From Octopus bimaculoides (taxonomy: Eukaryota): 64,000 bases of DNA. The position numbers and the translations under genes are program-made. This document shows positions 1 to 12,941 of this stretch, piece after piece. The stretch spans positions 28,349,818-28,413,817 of the forward strand of contig NC_069002.1 in NCBI RefSeq assembly GCF_001194135.2, read 5' to 3'. The notes under the pieces are model-generated. The model was not told where the DNA came from. It did no database searches and saw nothing but the letters and a program-made list of their open reading frames with translations. The first letter of the stretch is position 1. Every line of letters starts with the position of its first letter.

Positions 1-977
1 ATGTTGATGTGATAATGTGTTACACTATGGTCAAATGTAAAGAATTTAGTGGGAATATGGCAACGTATTTCAGAATTCATCAGTTCTTGAAATCCCTCAG
101 TAGGCGTGGCTGTGTGGTAAGAAGCTTGCTTCCCCGTGAGGTAAGAAGCCCCTCCCCGCGAGGGAGAGGTGGAGTGCATCGTCTTCTATCACAGAGGAGG
201 GCCTGTAGAGAGATTCTTGGACAGACTTATAGACCGAGAGCGTATGGACTCGGTCTGCATGGGCAGTTGATTTCCCAACCACAAGGTTCTAGGTTCAGTC
301 CCACTGCGTGGCACCATGGGCAAGTGTCTTCTACTATAGCCTCGGGTCGGCCAAGGCTTCGAGAGTGGATTTGGTAGACGGAAACTGTAAGAAGCCCATA
401 TATAATATATATATGATGGATTTCCCGTCGAAGACGACGAATGAGCATTCAGCTTTTGCCGAACGACCTGCACAAATGATTTGTTTATATTGATCAAGTG
501 TTCTTGCCGCACATTAGCTCACTCTCTCTCCATCAAATCGATGTCGCCTGACCTGGTGCATGTTGTGCCACGCTTCAGGTGCCGAAGTGATCGCAGAGCA
601 ATGTAAGATGAATTGTTTTGCGTGTGTAAACTGGGAATGCATACAATGAGCTTCTCTGCCCTAGGTGTACGGAAAATACTCGGCGAGACATGGAAGAAAA
701 TTTGAAGAAAGAAAAGAAAAAAAATAATAATCTTTATTATAGGCACAAGACTTGTGGGGAGTCGATCACATTGACCCTAGTATTTGATTGGTACTTAATT
801 TATAGACCCAGAACGGAAAGGCGGACGAAATTCTGTCAAGCATTTTGTCCGGCATGCTAACGAGTCTGCCAGCTTGTCGCCTTTACTACTACTACTACTA
901 CTACTACTAGTCTACAATAGGCACAAGGCCTGCAATTTGAGGGGATAGGGTGTGTGNNNNNNNNNNCAGAGCGTGAA

Positions 978-1096
978 GGCAAACGAAATACCTATTTCTG
1001 TATTGCCCACAAGAGGCTAAACATAGAGGGGCAAACGAAATACCTATTTCTGTATTGCCCACAAGAGGCTAAACATAGAGGGGCAAACGAAATACC
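978..1096. repeat. 52-bp tandem duplication inside a SINE C copy
   Basis: ggcaaacgaaatacctatttctgtattgcccacaagaggctaaacatagagg starts at 978 and 1030; a partial third copy starts at 1082. Confidence 0.9.
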
Positions 1097-1696
1097 GCTC
1101 AGCATTTTGCCCGACATGTTAACGATTCTCGCAGCTCCCTTTTTGTTATAGGCACAAGGCCTAAAATATTTTGGAGAGGGGACTAGTCGATTACTCATCA
1201 ACCCCAGGACTCAACTGCTATTTATTCCGCTAACACCGAAAGAATGAAAATCAAAGTTGACCTCAGCGGAAAGACAATGAATTTTTGTTAGGAAAAAAGG
1301 GTTGTGTGGATAATTATGTCCATTTGTTTTCGCCTTTTAGGTAGGGTTTGCAAAGGTGTATAAAACCCTTAAATATATCATCTCAGGAAACATCTACCTT
1401 GGTTTGTTCCATATTCAAATAACTCTGTTAGGTATAGAATATTCCAAGTGTGTATAGCGAATGATAAATAAATAAATAACTCTGAACAGCTATTTCATGT
1501 TTATAAATATTTATAAATGTTAAGGTTACAGCGATTAAAGGATTAAATTTAATTCACAAATATCAGGTCATATTCTTATTACTGCTGTATTAGAGAAAAC
1601 ATACACGTACGCACGCACACACATGCAATAGAGAGAAGCATTTACATATATACACATTATAAAAACAAAATACATTCATGCATATCCGTGTGTGTT

Positions 1697-1730
<34 letters not shown>

Positions 1731-3265
1731 CACACACATGCATGCTAAGAAAAAGTGTATATATATTTCAGAAATCAGTATATGCATACACATACACAAT
1801 ATGCAAATGTGCGTACACACATAAATACATCCACATTATAAAAATAATATATATTTACACATACAACGGTTATAGAAACACAAATACATACAGTTTTTGC
1901 TATGATTTGTTTTCCAAATAAAAGATTATTCTGTTTTGAGAGTACTTCTTCTGAATTAATATATTATTGGTATTTATTATTGTTTTCGTCATATAATTTA
2001 GTTTGCTAATTACTGCGGGCATCAAACTTAGAGCCAAAGATAAGATATATTGGCTTGGATTTCAAACCGAGTTCTTATTCCACGTCTTATATTCTATAAT
2101 CGTGAATATTATAATACAATACATTTACAAGAATTAGTAAACAGTGAAATCATTGTACGTGGTTTCATCCAATATCTATTATTCTTCTTATTATTATTGA
2201 GAGAGAGAGAGAGAGAGCAGCGCAGCGCATGCCATCAAAGTGGCACTAGGGTACAAATATATGAAACCCAATATACCCATCATGATTACTCGCCTCATAA
2301 GAGTACACTGGCATATGCATCACAACAATATGTGCGCGACATGGTGATCTCGTATCAAGATAAACAGCGCATGACCTTGCAGGTGGGACCCAGTAAGAAT
2401 TTCCTTCAGAGCGAGTATCCCATTACTCTCAAAATATCTCTGAATATGGTTTGTTTAAGGATGTTGAACGAAACACCCATATTTCCAGAGCTGAATTCTT
2501 CAAACGCCCCNNNNNNNNNNNNNNNNNNNNNNNNNNNNNNNNNNNNNNNNNNNNNNNNNNNNNNNNNNNNNNNNNNNNNNNNNNNNNNNNNNNNNNNNNN
2601 NNNNNNNNNNNNNNNNNNNNNNNNNNNNNNNNNNNNNNNNNNNNNNNNNNNNNNNNNNNNNNNNNNNNNNNNNNNNNNNNNNNNNNNNNNNNNNNNNNNN
2701 NNNNNNNNNNNNNNNNNNNNNNNNNNNNNNNNNNNNNNNNNNNNNNNNNNNNNNNNNNNNNNNNNNNNNNNNNNNNNNNNNNNNNNNNNNNNNNNNNNNN
2801 NNNNNNNNNNNNNNNNNNNNNNNNNNNNNNNNNNNNNNNNNNNNNNNNNNNNNNNNNNNNNNNNNNNNNNNNNNNNNNNNNNNNNNNNNNNNNNNNNNNN
2901 NNNNNNNNNNNNNNNNNNNNNNNNNNNNNNNNNNNNNNNNNNNNNNNNNNNNNNNNNNNNNNNNNNNNNNNNNNNNNNNNNNNNNNNNNNNNNNNNNNNN
3001 NNNNNNNNNNNNNNNNNNNNNNNNNNNNNNNNNNNNNNNNNNNNNNNNNNNNNNNNNNNNNNNNNNNNNNNNNNNNNNNNNNNNNNNNNNNNNNNNNNNN
3101 NNNNNNNNNNNNNNNNNNNNNNNNNNNNNNNNNNNNNNNNNNNNNNNNNNNNNNNNNNNNNNNNNNNNNNNNNNNNNNNNNNNNNNNNNNNNNNNNNNNN
3201 NNNNNNNNNNNNNNNNNNNNNNNNNNNNNNNNNNNNNNNNNNNNNNNNNNNNNNNNNNNNNNNNN

Positions 3266-3334
<69 letters not shown>

Positions 3335-4170
3335 GTCTGTATAACGATTTGAACGGCAGGGTCACCAGAATGTAACGGCTATATGTAACCAATGGATGCA
3401 ACGGTTAGATGTTGGTTGTTTCAGTGTCCATGAAATAAATGACAGACGAAATAGATAACAGTTAAACCGGCTTTAATTTACTGTTACAAGCTACACAACT
3501 ACTACGAGTTGTTAGTATATAATACTTGGTTCTGTTGTCCATCTGCGGTCAATGCTTTTTACTGCTAAGTGGCCGAAGGCAAAGCAAAGAGAGAAAGTAA
3601 GAGAGGTATGTGATATTGGTGACAGCCGCCAAGTAAAGTTAGAAAAACAAATTTTAAACTCTTTGACAATACTGATGAAAAAAGCAAGCATGTTCTCTCT
3701 GCTACAGACCGAGTCAAAAAGAAAGTGAGGATGAGCAGGAATTAGCAGAAACTCCGTTAAGGTTCTGTATTTATAGTAATTCCCTAATTAGGTTACAGCA
3801 AATAAAGGCTGTTTGAAGAGGTTGAATTGATCTTGACCTAAGATGGTCAATAAGTTGACGGATGACTCGTAAATCTCCCAGTTGCAAATCCAAAGAGCAA
3901 GGGAAAGAAATTGACATAAAAATTCAAGCTACAGTTTCAATTCTTGGTTAAGAACCCTTTCTATATATATGTTACCAACAAAAACACAGAAGGAATTCAA
4001 AAGTTCAGTACACCGAAAAAACCCTTAACTGTAGGACCCAGGAAGCTGTGTCCCAAGTTTTCGGTCTCGTTTCGGGCGTGGTGGTGAATATTCTAATGAT
4101 TACTGTTATATGTCATAAACGTACATAGATTTCGATATACAGCATAAACTCAATATGTTTGTGTGTGTAT

Positions 4171-4247
<77 letters not shown>

Positions 4248-4249
<2 letters not shown>

Positions 4250-4364
4250 ATCAAAGAACACTAATGGGGTTTAAAATTTACGACAGCTGTTTCGGTAGAA
4301 CTTTATTGATGTAGTCATAGATTACATCATAGCGTAACGAATCTCTACCCCGCGTCTCTCTCTG
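4248..4364 (-). mobile_element. Short element between (TA)n tracts with the 3' half of a hammerhead (GAAAC-AGCT-GTC) and a long stem II
   Basis: Minus strand GGTAGA(4344-49)...TCTACC(4294-99)-GAAAC-AGCT-GTC-GTAAA, with inner hairpin GATGTA/TACATC. The CUGANGA core is degraded to GAGACGC. Confidence 0.4.
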
Positions 4365-4528
4365 TATATATATATATGCACACGAATACACTCGCGCACA
4401 CACATGTATATACGTGTGTGTGTGCGTGTGTATAAAATGATGTACAAAATAGCAAAGAAAACGGCTATAATCGTGGACATATAAACAAAGTGAGGGATAT
4501 AACGACTTGAGCATCAACAGCGATAAAG

Positions 4529-4559
<31 letters not shown>

Positions 4560-4585
4560 NNNNNNNNNNNNNNNNNNNNNNNNNN

Positions 4586-4636
<51 letters not shown>

Positions 4637-4888
4637 GAGATGTAAGCAATCGAAGACAGCGACCAGTAGCAAAATATCGATTGATGATTCCAGTAAATCG
4701 CTGAATTCACTGGAATCTCCAGTTTATGACCACCACCCCTACCATCTCCTTCTCCCTCCCCCCTCTCCTTTATTCTTAATCTTTGTCTAATTTATTACGT
4801 TACTGATGTCTTTTCAGAAAATGTATTTCCAGAAATGCATTGTAGTTTTAAATTGCCTTCACTTCTTCTTTCGAAGACTTTTAATAAT

Positions 4889-4989
4889 GTTATGTATGTA
4901 TGTGTGTGTGTGTTTTGTATGTACAAGGCGTTGGTTATGTATGTATGTGTGTGTGTGTTTTGTATGTACAAGGCGTTGGTTATGTATGT
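4889..4989. repeat. 45-bp tandem repeat (x2.2)
   Basis: gttatgtatgtatgtgtgtgtgtgttttgtatgtacaaggcgttg at 4889 and 4934. Confidence 0.9.
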
Positions 4990-6194
4990 TTGTGTGAGAT
5001 GGGAGAGAACGAGAGAAGAAAGTAGGAGAGGAAAAAGAAGCAGAGAGAGAGAGAGAGAGAATGATATTGGTAAATGACAGAAGAGTGCTAAAATATAACA
5101 CCAGAAGCAACAACTGCAATATATAATGACAAACAATATAAGAAATAATAATATTCTTTGTAGTCTATGTCATTTATGCTATAATTGCCTCGCAGACTTG
5201 TACAGATTCTGAACGGAAAGCAAGGGGAAAAAAAGAAAAAAAAAAACAACGGAGAGGGAAAAGAAAGTAAAGGGAAATAAGAGATTCGGCGAAATGGAAA
5301 AGTAGAAAGATGTGAGTGAGTGAGAGTGAGAGAAGTAGGAGAGAAAGGGGCGGAGAGAAAAGAGTAACTTAGTTTTATTATTTTCATTTAAATGCCGAAA
5401 GGCAATTTTATTATCGACTTGATTTTTGTTGTTTGTGGAAAGAATTGTGTGTGGTAAATTTTGTTGCTGATGGGAATAAATAGAGAGGACATTGCTGTGC
5501 TGTTGACAATGGTAGCTTGTTAGCAGGTATGAGATGGCGGTGCTGGTGGCGCCGGTGGCGTTGCTTTTGAACATAATGATAGTATTGGTGATGATGATGA
5601 TGATGATGATGATGAGGAGGATAATGATAAATATAATGATGAGCATGTTGGTCATGTGATATTATGATATCAGAGTGACTGAATATTGAGCAAGATCGCG
5701 AAATCAAACGTTCCCTTCGTATCCGTAGAATATAGAAAAAAAAATGTCTTTGTATATCTGGATTAATAATTCCATGCCTCTTCCGATATTTCTTTATTAT
5801 GGGAAGAATCTATATTTTAGGCACGTGGCTCTTGTGTAGCGTTTAATCCGGGGAATTTTATTGTTCTGTGTTCGTTATTGACTCTGGTCTTGTTGCCGTT
5901 TTCCATTATATTTCCTCCTTTTATATTCGCCATTATTAGGCTGTAAGCTGGCAAGGTCGTTAACACGCCGGGCAAAATGCTTTCTTCCGGTTTATGTTCT
6001 GAGTTCAAATACCGCCGAGATCGATTTTTTTTTTTTTTACTTTCAACTTTCGGGGCTGACTAAGTACCAGAGTCGACTTTCGCCCTCCCACCAAATTCCA
6101 GGTCTTGTGGCTATAATAGAGACAACTATTAAACGATAGAAATTGTGTATGTGTCTGTGTGAGGGAGAAAGAGGGAGAACGAAAATAATAGACG

Positions 6195-6734
6195 TTTCAT
6201 TTATGTATTTTTTTTGTGTCGGTCATTAGACTGTGGTCATTCAGGGGAANNNNNNNNNNNNNNNNNNNNNNNNNNNNNNNNNNNNNNNNNNNNNNNNNNN
6301 NNNNNNNNNNNNNNNNNNNNNNNNNNNNNNNNNNNNNNNNNNNNNNNNNNNNNNNNNNNNNNNNNNNNNNNNNNNNNNNNNNNNNNNNNNNNNNNNNNNN
6401 NNGCCATGCTGGAGCACAGCATTTATTCGCACAAATCGACCCCAGGACTTATTCTTTGTAAGCCTAGTACTTATTCTATAGGTGTCTTTTGCCGAATCGC
6501 TAAGTAACGGGGATGTAAACACACCAGCATCGGTTGTCAAACGATGGTGGATACACACACACACACACACACACACGGGCTTCTTTCAGTTTCCGTCTAC
6601 CAAATTCACTCAGAAGGGTTTGGTCGGCCCGAGGTTATAGTAGAAGACACTTGTCCAAGGTGTCACGCAGTGGGAATGAACCCAGAACCATGTGGTTGGT
6701 AATCAAGCTACTTACCACACAGCTACTTCTGCGT
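6195..6734 (-). mobile_element. SINE family A copy spanning an assembly gap
   Basis: Reverse complement of the family A head ends at ...accacacagctacttctgcgtct; the 3' half starts at gccatgctggagcac. Confidence 0.85.
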
Positions 6735-7419
6735 CTATTTTGCTGCAAGATGTAATATTTTAAGCATATTAGTGGGTTTTGAACGGTAGGTCGATCGGCA
6801 AAATCGTTAGCTCGTCGGTCAAAACGCATTTCGATAGCGGTTCCAGTTCTGGTCTTTGTGTTCTTAGATCAAGTTCCATCGCGGTCAAATTTTATCATTC
6901 TATCCTTTTAGGGGTCTGTCGGTAAAGAACCCCTACCTCAACAAACAAAGGATCAGTTAAGTACCTCACTCGATTAATTTTTCTCTCTTCCTCTTTCTTT
7001 GGGAGTCAGCTGTACTGTAAGAAAACCACGAAAGGTGCGGGAAATCTCTCATGGTACCTCCTTTCCATCCTACACAACTACTTCCGCTCTGCTGCAATGA
7101 AAGAATGTAAAGTCACACACACATAGATATTAACCATATATATATATATATACACAAATATATACGACGGGCTTCTTTCAGTTTCCGTATACCAAATCCA
7201 CTCACAATGTTTTCGTCTGCCCTATGCTGTAATAAAACACATTTGCCCAAGGTGCCACGCAGTAGGATTGAACCAGGAACCATGTGGTTGGGAAGCAAGC
7301 TTCTTACCACACAGTCACGCCTGAGTCCAGCCCAGCTGATCATCGGTGCCGTGTCGTGGAGCTGAACCCGAAACCACACGGTTAAAAAGCGAGTTTCTTA
7401 ACCACACAGTCGCATCTGT

Positions 7420-7455
<36 letters not shown>

Positions 7456-7872
7456 GCATATATATATATGTTTTTTTTCCAAACGGTTCTTTCTCTTATT
7501 ATTCACAATGTTTGCTCAACAAAACTGCAGTATATCAAAGTTAATTGGAAAACAATGTAGCTATTTAAAAACCACAAACATCCAACTCTAATTAGTTAGC
7601 GGCCATAAAATTGTTGATTAAAAACTATGAATATCCAGCTACTGTTAGATAATAATTTAGCAATTATGATTGGTTATAAATACAAATTTATAAACTTTCT
7701 TGTGAACTAATTTATTCTATTTCGTGATATTCAAGTGATAGTTGTCAATGCAGATAACCACTAATCCGTTCAAGACATTTTGTTTTACTTTGAATGAGAA
7801 ATTTTCCTTATTTTTTCATCAATAAATTAAACTGATTAGAACTACCAGTGAAGTCATTCTTTTTTTTTTTCA

Positions 7873-7910
<38 letters not shown>

Positions 7911-7912
<2 letters not shown>

Positions 7913-8147
7913 GTAAAAATATGTGACACTTATTCGATAGCCATGATAAAACTCCGAGTTTCGGATGCCGGGCGGAATTTTCAATGGCCAGATAATTGAA
8001 GAGATGGCGGCGTGGGTTTCCGCTCCTGCATCCGAAACTCGGAGTTTTATCATGGCTACCGAATAAGTGTCACATATTTTTGCAGATAAATTCCTCTATT
8101 TACGTAATATCGAGGTCTCTTTCTTTCTTTTGTTGTCTTTTCTATCA
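7911..8147. mobile_element. Element with 58-bp terminal/internal inverted repeat in a (TA)n tract, probably a Penelope-like pLTR fragment with an inverted partial copy
   Basis: Arm 7911-7968 matches the reverse complement of 8028-8085 at 56/58 positions; (TA)n on both sides; contains a hammerhead-like fold. Confidence 0.6.
7987..8056 (+). ncRNA. Degenerate type I hammerhead ribozyme fold (C3U) inside an inverted-repeat element
   Basis: GCCA-GATAA-TTGAAGA-GATG...CATC-C-GAAAC-T(CGG)A-GT-T-TTATC-a-TGGC. Stem I is 9 bp with one bulge. Stem II GATG/CATC has one unpaired C and an inner hairpin GCGG/CCGC. Triplet GUU at 8044-8046. Confidence 0.5.
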
Positions 8148-8619
8148 ATATATATATATACATACATACTTATTTTATTTGTGGGTTAACAAAGCTACCA
8201 TTGGTTTTATACCGAGAATTCTCAGCAATTATCAATCCTGTCACATTGAGCTGTTGGTACTCGTCTACATTATATATATGTGTATGTGTGTAGAGAGAAA
8301 GAAGTGTGCGCACGCAAACACAGATATGACAGTGTAGTTACAGTTTACTTTCCAGGAACGTGGTTTTGAGTTCATTCCCTTAGGCGAGCTTCTTCTGTTA
8401 TACCGCCGGACCGACCAAGATCTAGTGTGTCAATTTGGTAAAAGGAAACTGAGAAAAGGCCGTAAAGTGTCATTGAATTTGAGTGTGTGTTGGTATGGAG
8501 AGGGAGAGAGAGAGAGAGAAATGCGTATGTACGTGTGTCTACGCCTGCAATCGTTTTTACAAATGTGCAGTGGTCGGCGTTGTTGTCAGTTTCTGTAGTG
8601 AAAACAATCTACAAAGTTT

Positions 8620-8960
8620 AATCCTGTTTCAGACATTCAAATTGCGGCCATGCTGGGGCACTGCCTAGTAGGTTTTTAGACGAACGCATCGACTTCAGTA
8701 TTGATTTTTTTTTAAAGTACTGGTACTTACTTTATCGGTCTCTTTGGCGGAACCGCTATGTTACGGGGACATATTACCAAAGCGGTTGTGACACACATAC
8801 ACAAACGCACACGACGGGCTTCTTTCAGCTTCTGTACACCAAACCCGCATTCAAGGAGGCTATAGTAGAAGACACTTGTTCCAGGGTGCAACGCAGTGGG
8901 TCGGAACCCGGAACCACGTGCTTGGAAGCAAACTATTTACTACGCAGCCACACCTGCACC
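8620..8960 (-). mobile_element. SINE family A copy, diverged
   Basis: gcggccatgctggggcactgcc...gaagacacttg...actacgcagccac. Confidence 0.8.
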
Positions 8961-9859
8961 TTCGTACCTTCGAAGGACATCCAGTTGCAAAACATTGTTT
9001 GAAATATATTAAACCAGCCCATGCAAGTATGGAAAGAAAAAAAGAGACAGACGTAAAACAAACGGACGAAAGAATCTGCCGTTTACCAAATTTATTTACA
9101 TATTCTGTATTATAGATATATAATTCCTAAGTGATCTAACTGTAAAATGTTTGGAAACTTCAAAACTTGGTAAAATACCAACGTAGCTCTCCTCCGCCCC
9201 TCTCACTCTCTCTCTTTTTCTAAAATATTTGCTTGTCAAAATATTTCAATATCTAAGCTATATGAGAGCGCTGAAGGACTTTCAGCTCTAAAAACATTAG
9301 CATGAAAAAAACAAAACAAACAAACAAAAAAGAAACTTCTGCAAGCAACATGATATATTTTGCTTGTTCACCTTATTCTCTACTTCTCTCTTTCTCCACC
9401 TCTGGCTGTCTTTACCACTGTCTCCCAACAATGTGGAGCGAATAACGATGAAACATAACCAATAAACTAACACTTAGCCAGCAACTTTCTTTGTTTTACA
9501 TTCTGTTGTTGTTATTTTGCCAAAACTAGACAATAGTAATATCTCTTGGAACAGTGATGTAGTAGTAAAATGGCGGGAACAGCAGTTAAGCAGTTGTAGC
9601 ATTAGTATATCAGAAAGATGGCTGTAACGAAATATCTGTAGCAGAACTTGAAATGAATGAGGAAGAAGGAGGAGGTGGTGGAGAAGGATGAGGGTGAGGA
9701 GAGATAGAAAGTGTTAATGAATTGTAGAGAAAGACTACCCGACAATCAACTTCAGATAATCTGTCTGTTCTCAACTTGTTTTGCTTAGTTCTATTGCAAG
9801 TGGTCATTTTGGTTTTATCACGATTCAATTAATGTTTAAGGCATTCGATACTGTCCTGG

Positions 9860-10125
9860 TCAAGCGGCTACCTCTCCGCATTAGGGGCGCGTTGACCGTG
9901 GAATGTGGCAGGAAAGATTCTTCAAGGCAAGCCAACCGGCAGGACACCCACGAATAGTCCAAGGATGAAATGGTTGCATAGTCTCCATAGTCTGACTTGG
10001 TCACGCTTTGAAATCCAACCTCAAAGTTTAATAATGGTTTCTTCTGTTAGGACCCTACAGCGGAAGTGCCTAAGGAGGAATCAACCCCCATGACCCCACC
10101 CCAGGACTAGTAAACGGAGAACATG
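9860..10125 (+). mobile_element. 3' end of an RTE-clade LINE (decayed ORF C-terminus)
   Basis: KILQGKPTGRTPTNSPRMKWLHSLHSLTWSRFEIQP resembles the RTE/Rex3-type C-terminus (..L.K..G.RP.GRPR..W.D.I..L.WSRL...P). Confidence 0.65.
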
Positions 10126-10321
10126 GACGGATACTCGCATTCATAGCGCCATTAGCATTGACTTCACTTGTTTTATATTATTGAATTCTTAAATTGTACG
10201 ACCTTGTACCAATGTATCATGGAAAGGTTCTATTGTTTGAAGAGACCTTCGTACGCATGCTCTGTGCTTGTTTCTTCGTCCTTCGATGGATAAAACAGTT
10301 AATTGTAAAGAGATTTTGAAC

Positions 10322-10497
10322 GAGTGGCTGTGTGGTAAGTAGATTGCTTACCAACCACATGGTTCCGGGTTCAGTCCCACTGCGTGGCACCTTGGGTAAG
10401 TGTCTTCTACTATAGCCTCGGGCCGTCCAAAGCCTTGTGAGTGGATTTGGTAGACGGAAACTGAAAGAAGCCCGTCGTATATATATATATATATGTG

Positions 10498-10530
<33 letters not shown>

Positions 10531-10745
10531 ATATATGTATGTGTGTCTATGTTTGTGCCCCCAACAACGCTTGACAAACGATGCTTGTGTGTTTACGTCC
10601 CCGTAACTTAGCGGTTCAGCAAAAAGAGTCCGATAGAATAAGTACTAGGCTTACAAAGAATAAGTCCTGGGGGGGGGCGATTTTCTCGACTAAAGGCGGT
10701 GCTCCAGTATGGCCGCAGTCAGATGACTGAAACAAGTAAAAGAGT
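10322..10745 (+). mobile_element. SINE family A copy
   Basis: Colinear with 38100-38490 including the internal microsatellite. Confidence 0.9.
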
Positions 10746-11789
10746 ATAAAATGTAGAATGGTATAAAATCACGTGTGACATTTGCTCGGGCGTTGAACTG
10801 TTTCTGCTAAGTCCTCGTCGTTGTTGATAGACAAAAATGAAGACTTAGTTACTATTCTCTTTCTCTCCCCTCTCTTTTTTTCATCTGTGTGTGTGTATGT
10901 GTGCGGGGTCATCCGCTAATCTCGTGAGAATATGGATGAGCGCCTGGATCGCAGAATGGTGCTAGTCTTGAGTTATATCCCGATTTGATTTAATATGCTT
11001 CTCGTGGTGCGTTTTCGTCGGAGACGTTTCTCATCAATTTCTCCTCTCATCTTTTTAAGCACCTTCCTCGCTCCAGTCACAATCTATTGCAATATTCTCT
11101 TATCTCTCGACTTTCAACTTAAAAAAAATAAAAACTTCCTGTTTCTTTCAAACGAAGATGGAAGTGAATGGGGTGGGGCAACATAAATATTTACATATTT
11201 TGATTTATTACATCGCTACATCGAAGACTTGCAAAGAGGGAAAGTGAGGGTTAATGATTTTTTTATGCCTTCTTCAGAAGCTTTGTTCGTGTGAAATGAA
11301 GAAGGAACAGACACTAAGGTATATTGTCGGTCACCATTATCCTGCTCTAAAACTAAATTCCGTTAATACACAGGACCATATAATCTATTTCTTGTCCTTA
11401 ATCTAAAAGGATTTTATTTTAATGACAATCACGTGACTTTTGAATACTGGAACTATCAGAAAGATCAGAACAGGCTGTTTATTATCTTCTGGAACCAGAA
11501 TATGTAAAGCAGAAGAGTAGCTGACCTCATTTTCTGCTTATTTTAGAAATCTGTTTATCATTGTTTGAATACGGGTAACACCCAACAGTACTTCAAGTTA
11601 GTTCCGACAATTCACTTGCTACTTTCTGATGTCTTTTCGCACTTATTACTCGCAATTATTAATGTTTTAGAACCAACTTTTCAAGTGATGTTAATGTCTG
11701 TTTTACATCTACTTCCTGAAATGTTTGAATAAAATTCGCAGTATCTTTACTGTCGCAATATCTTTAATCATAATAACAGCAACTATGTA

Positions 11790-11960
11790 ATATGTTGGTG
11801 ACTTCCGCAGCTTGATAGAGGACGGAATCTCCCGACCACACTACATTGATGAAGTAGATGGAGACACAAATCATAAACCTGAAGATCTAAGAAAACTAAT
11901 GAAGGACAGACATATGACGTAGCGTTGTTTGACGCGTCTCGGTTGCAGACGTTCGAAGAC
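11790..11960 (+). mobile_element. 3' end of a second RTE-type LINE
   Basis: Frame-shifted translation W*LPQLDRGR / TTYIDEVDGDTNHKPEDLRKLMKDRHM fits the RTE C-terminal pattern LW.P....RGRP..TYID.L..DT....EL...M.DR..W. Confidence 0.6.
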
Positions 11961-12941
11961 GAAGACATCAAAACATAACTTTGATTATAATTAGCAACAT
12001 GATCTTTATTGTCTTCATTATTAATTAGTAGATTTGGTTTCATAGAAGTGCTATTTTTAATCATTATAATTCATTATCACACAATATTATTAGTCTTCTA
12101 GTTAAGTTTAGACGTGTTCTAAACACATAAAAACAATAGAATGAATTCATAATACAGACATATGTACAAACTCACACACAGTTATACAGATGCGATTCTC
12201 TTTTGTTAATAAAAAGTATTCAAAAAGATCTGGAAATCTTCTACAAATTCATAAGATTTACTCACATTATGTGACACAAAATATACATTCAACCGTCATC
12301 ACTTTCTCTGCAAGCGAGAATTAGCTATGCTTATTTACTCCGGTATATAGAAAATCGTAACATCGGAAAAAGAATACATACACACACACGATCACATATA
12401 TATATATATGTATATATATATACACACATATATATATACGTAATCAAGTCTTCGTCTTATTGGCTGGTAAGCATTTTATTGTCCGTCTACTTACATTCTC
12501 CCCATCGTTACTTTTTCTGGTAAAGAGTATCTGACATGACGTTTGCGTGTGTGCGTANNNNNNNNNNNNNNNNNNNNNNNNNNNNNNNNNNNNNNNNNNN
12601 NNNNNNNNNNNNNNNNNNNNNNNNNNNNNNNNNNNNNNNNNNNNNNNNNNNNNNNNNNNNNNNNNNNNNNNNNNNNNNNNNNNNNNNNNNNNNNNNNNNN
12701 NNNNNNNNNNNNNNNNNNNNNNNNNNNNNNNNNNNNNNNNNNNNNNNNNNNNNNNNNNNNNNNNNNNNNNNNNNNNNNNNNNNNNNNNNNNNNNNNNNNN
12801 NNNNNNNNNNNNNNNNNNNNNNNNNNNNNNNNNNNNNNNNNNNNNNNNNNNNNNNNNNNNNNNNNNNNNNNNNNNNNNNNNNNNNNNNNNNNNNNNNNNN
12901 NNNNNNNNNNNNNNNNNNNNNNNNNNNNNNNNNATATATAT

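Noticed and set aside
2050-3401. Long ORFs of 290-440 aa, and similar ones at 12491-13034, 43989-44680, 55993-57634 and 58803-59831
   Set aside because: They are open only because they run through N gaps and (TG)n/(CA)n tracts.
5179-5707. Poly-I and poly-H ORFs, also at 19371-19845 and 58092-58367
   Set aside because: Translations of trinucleotide microsatellites.
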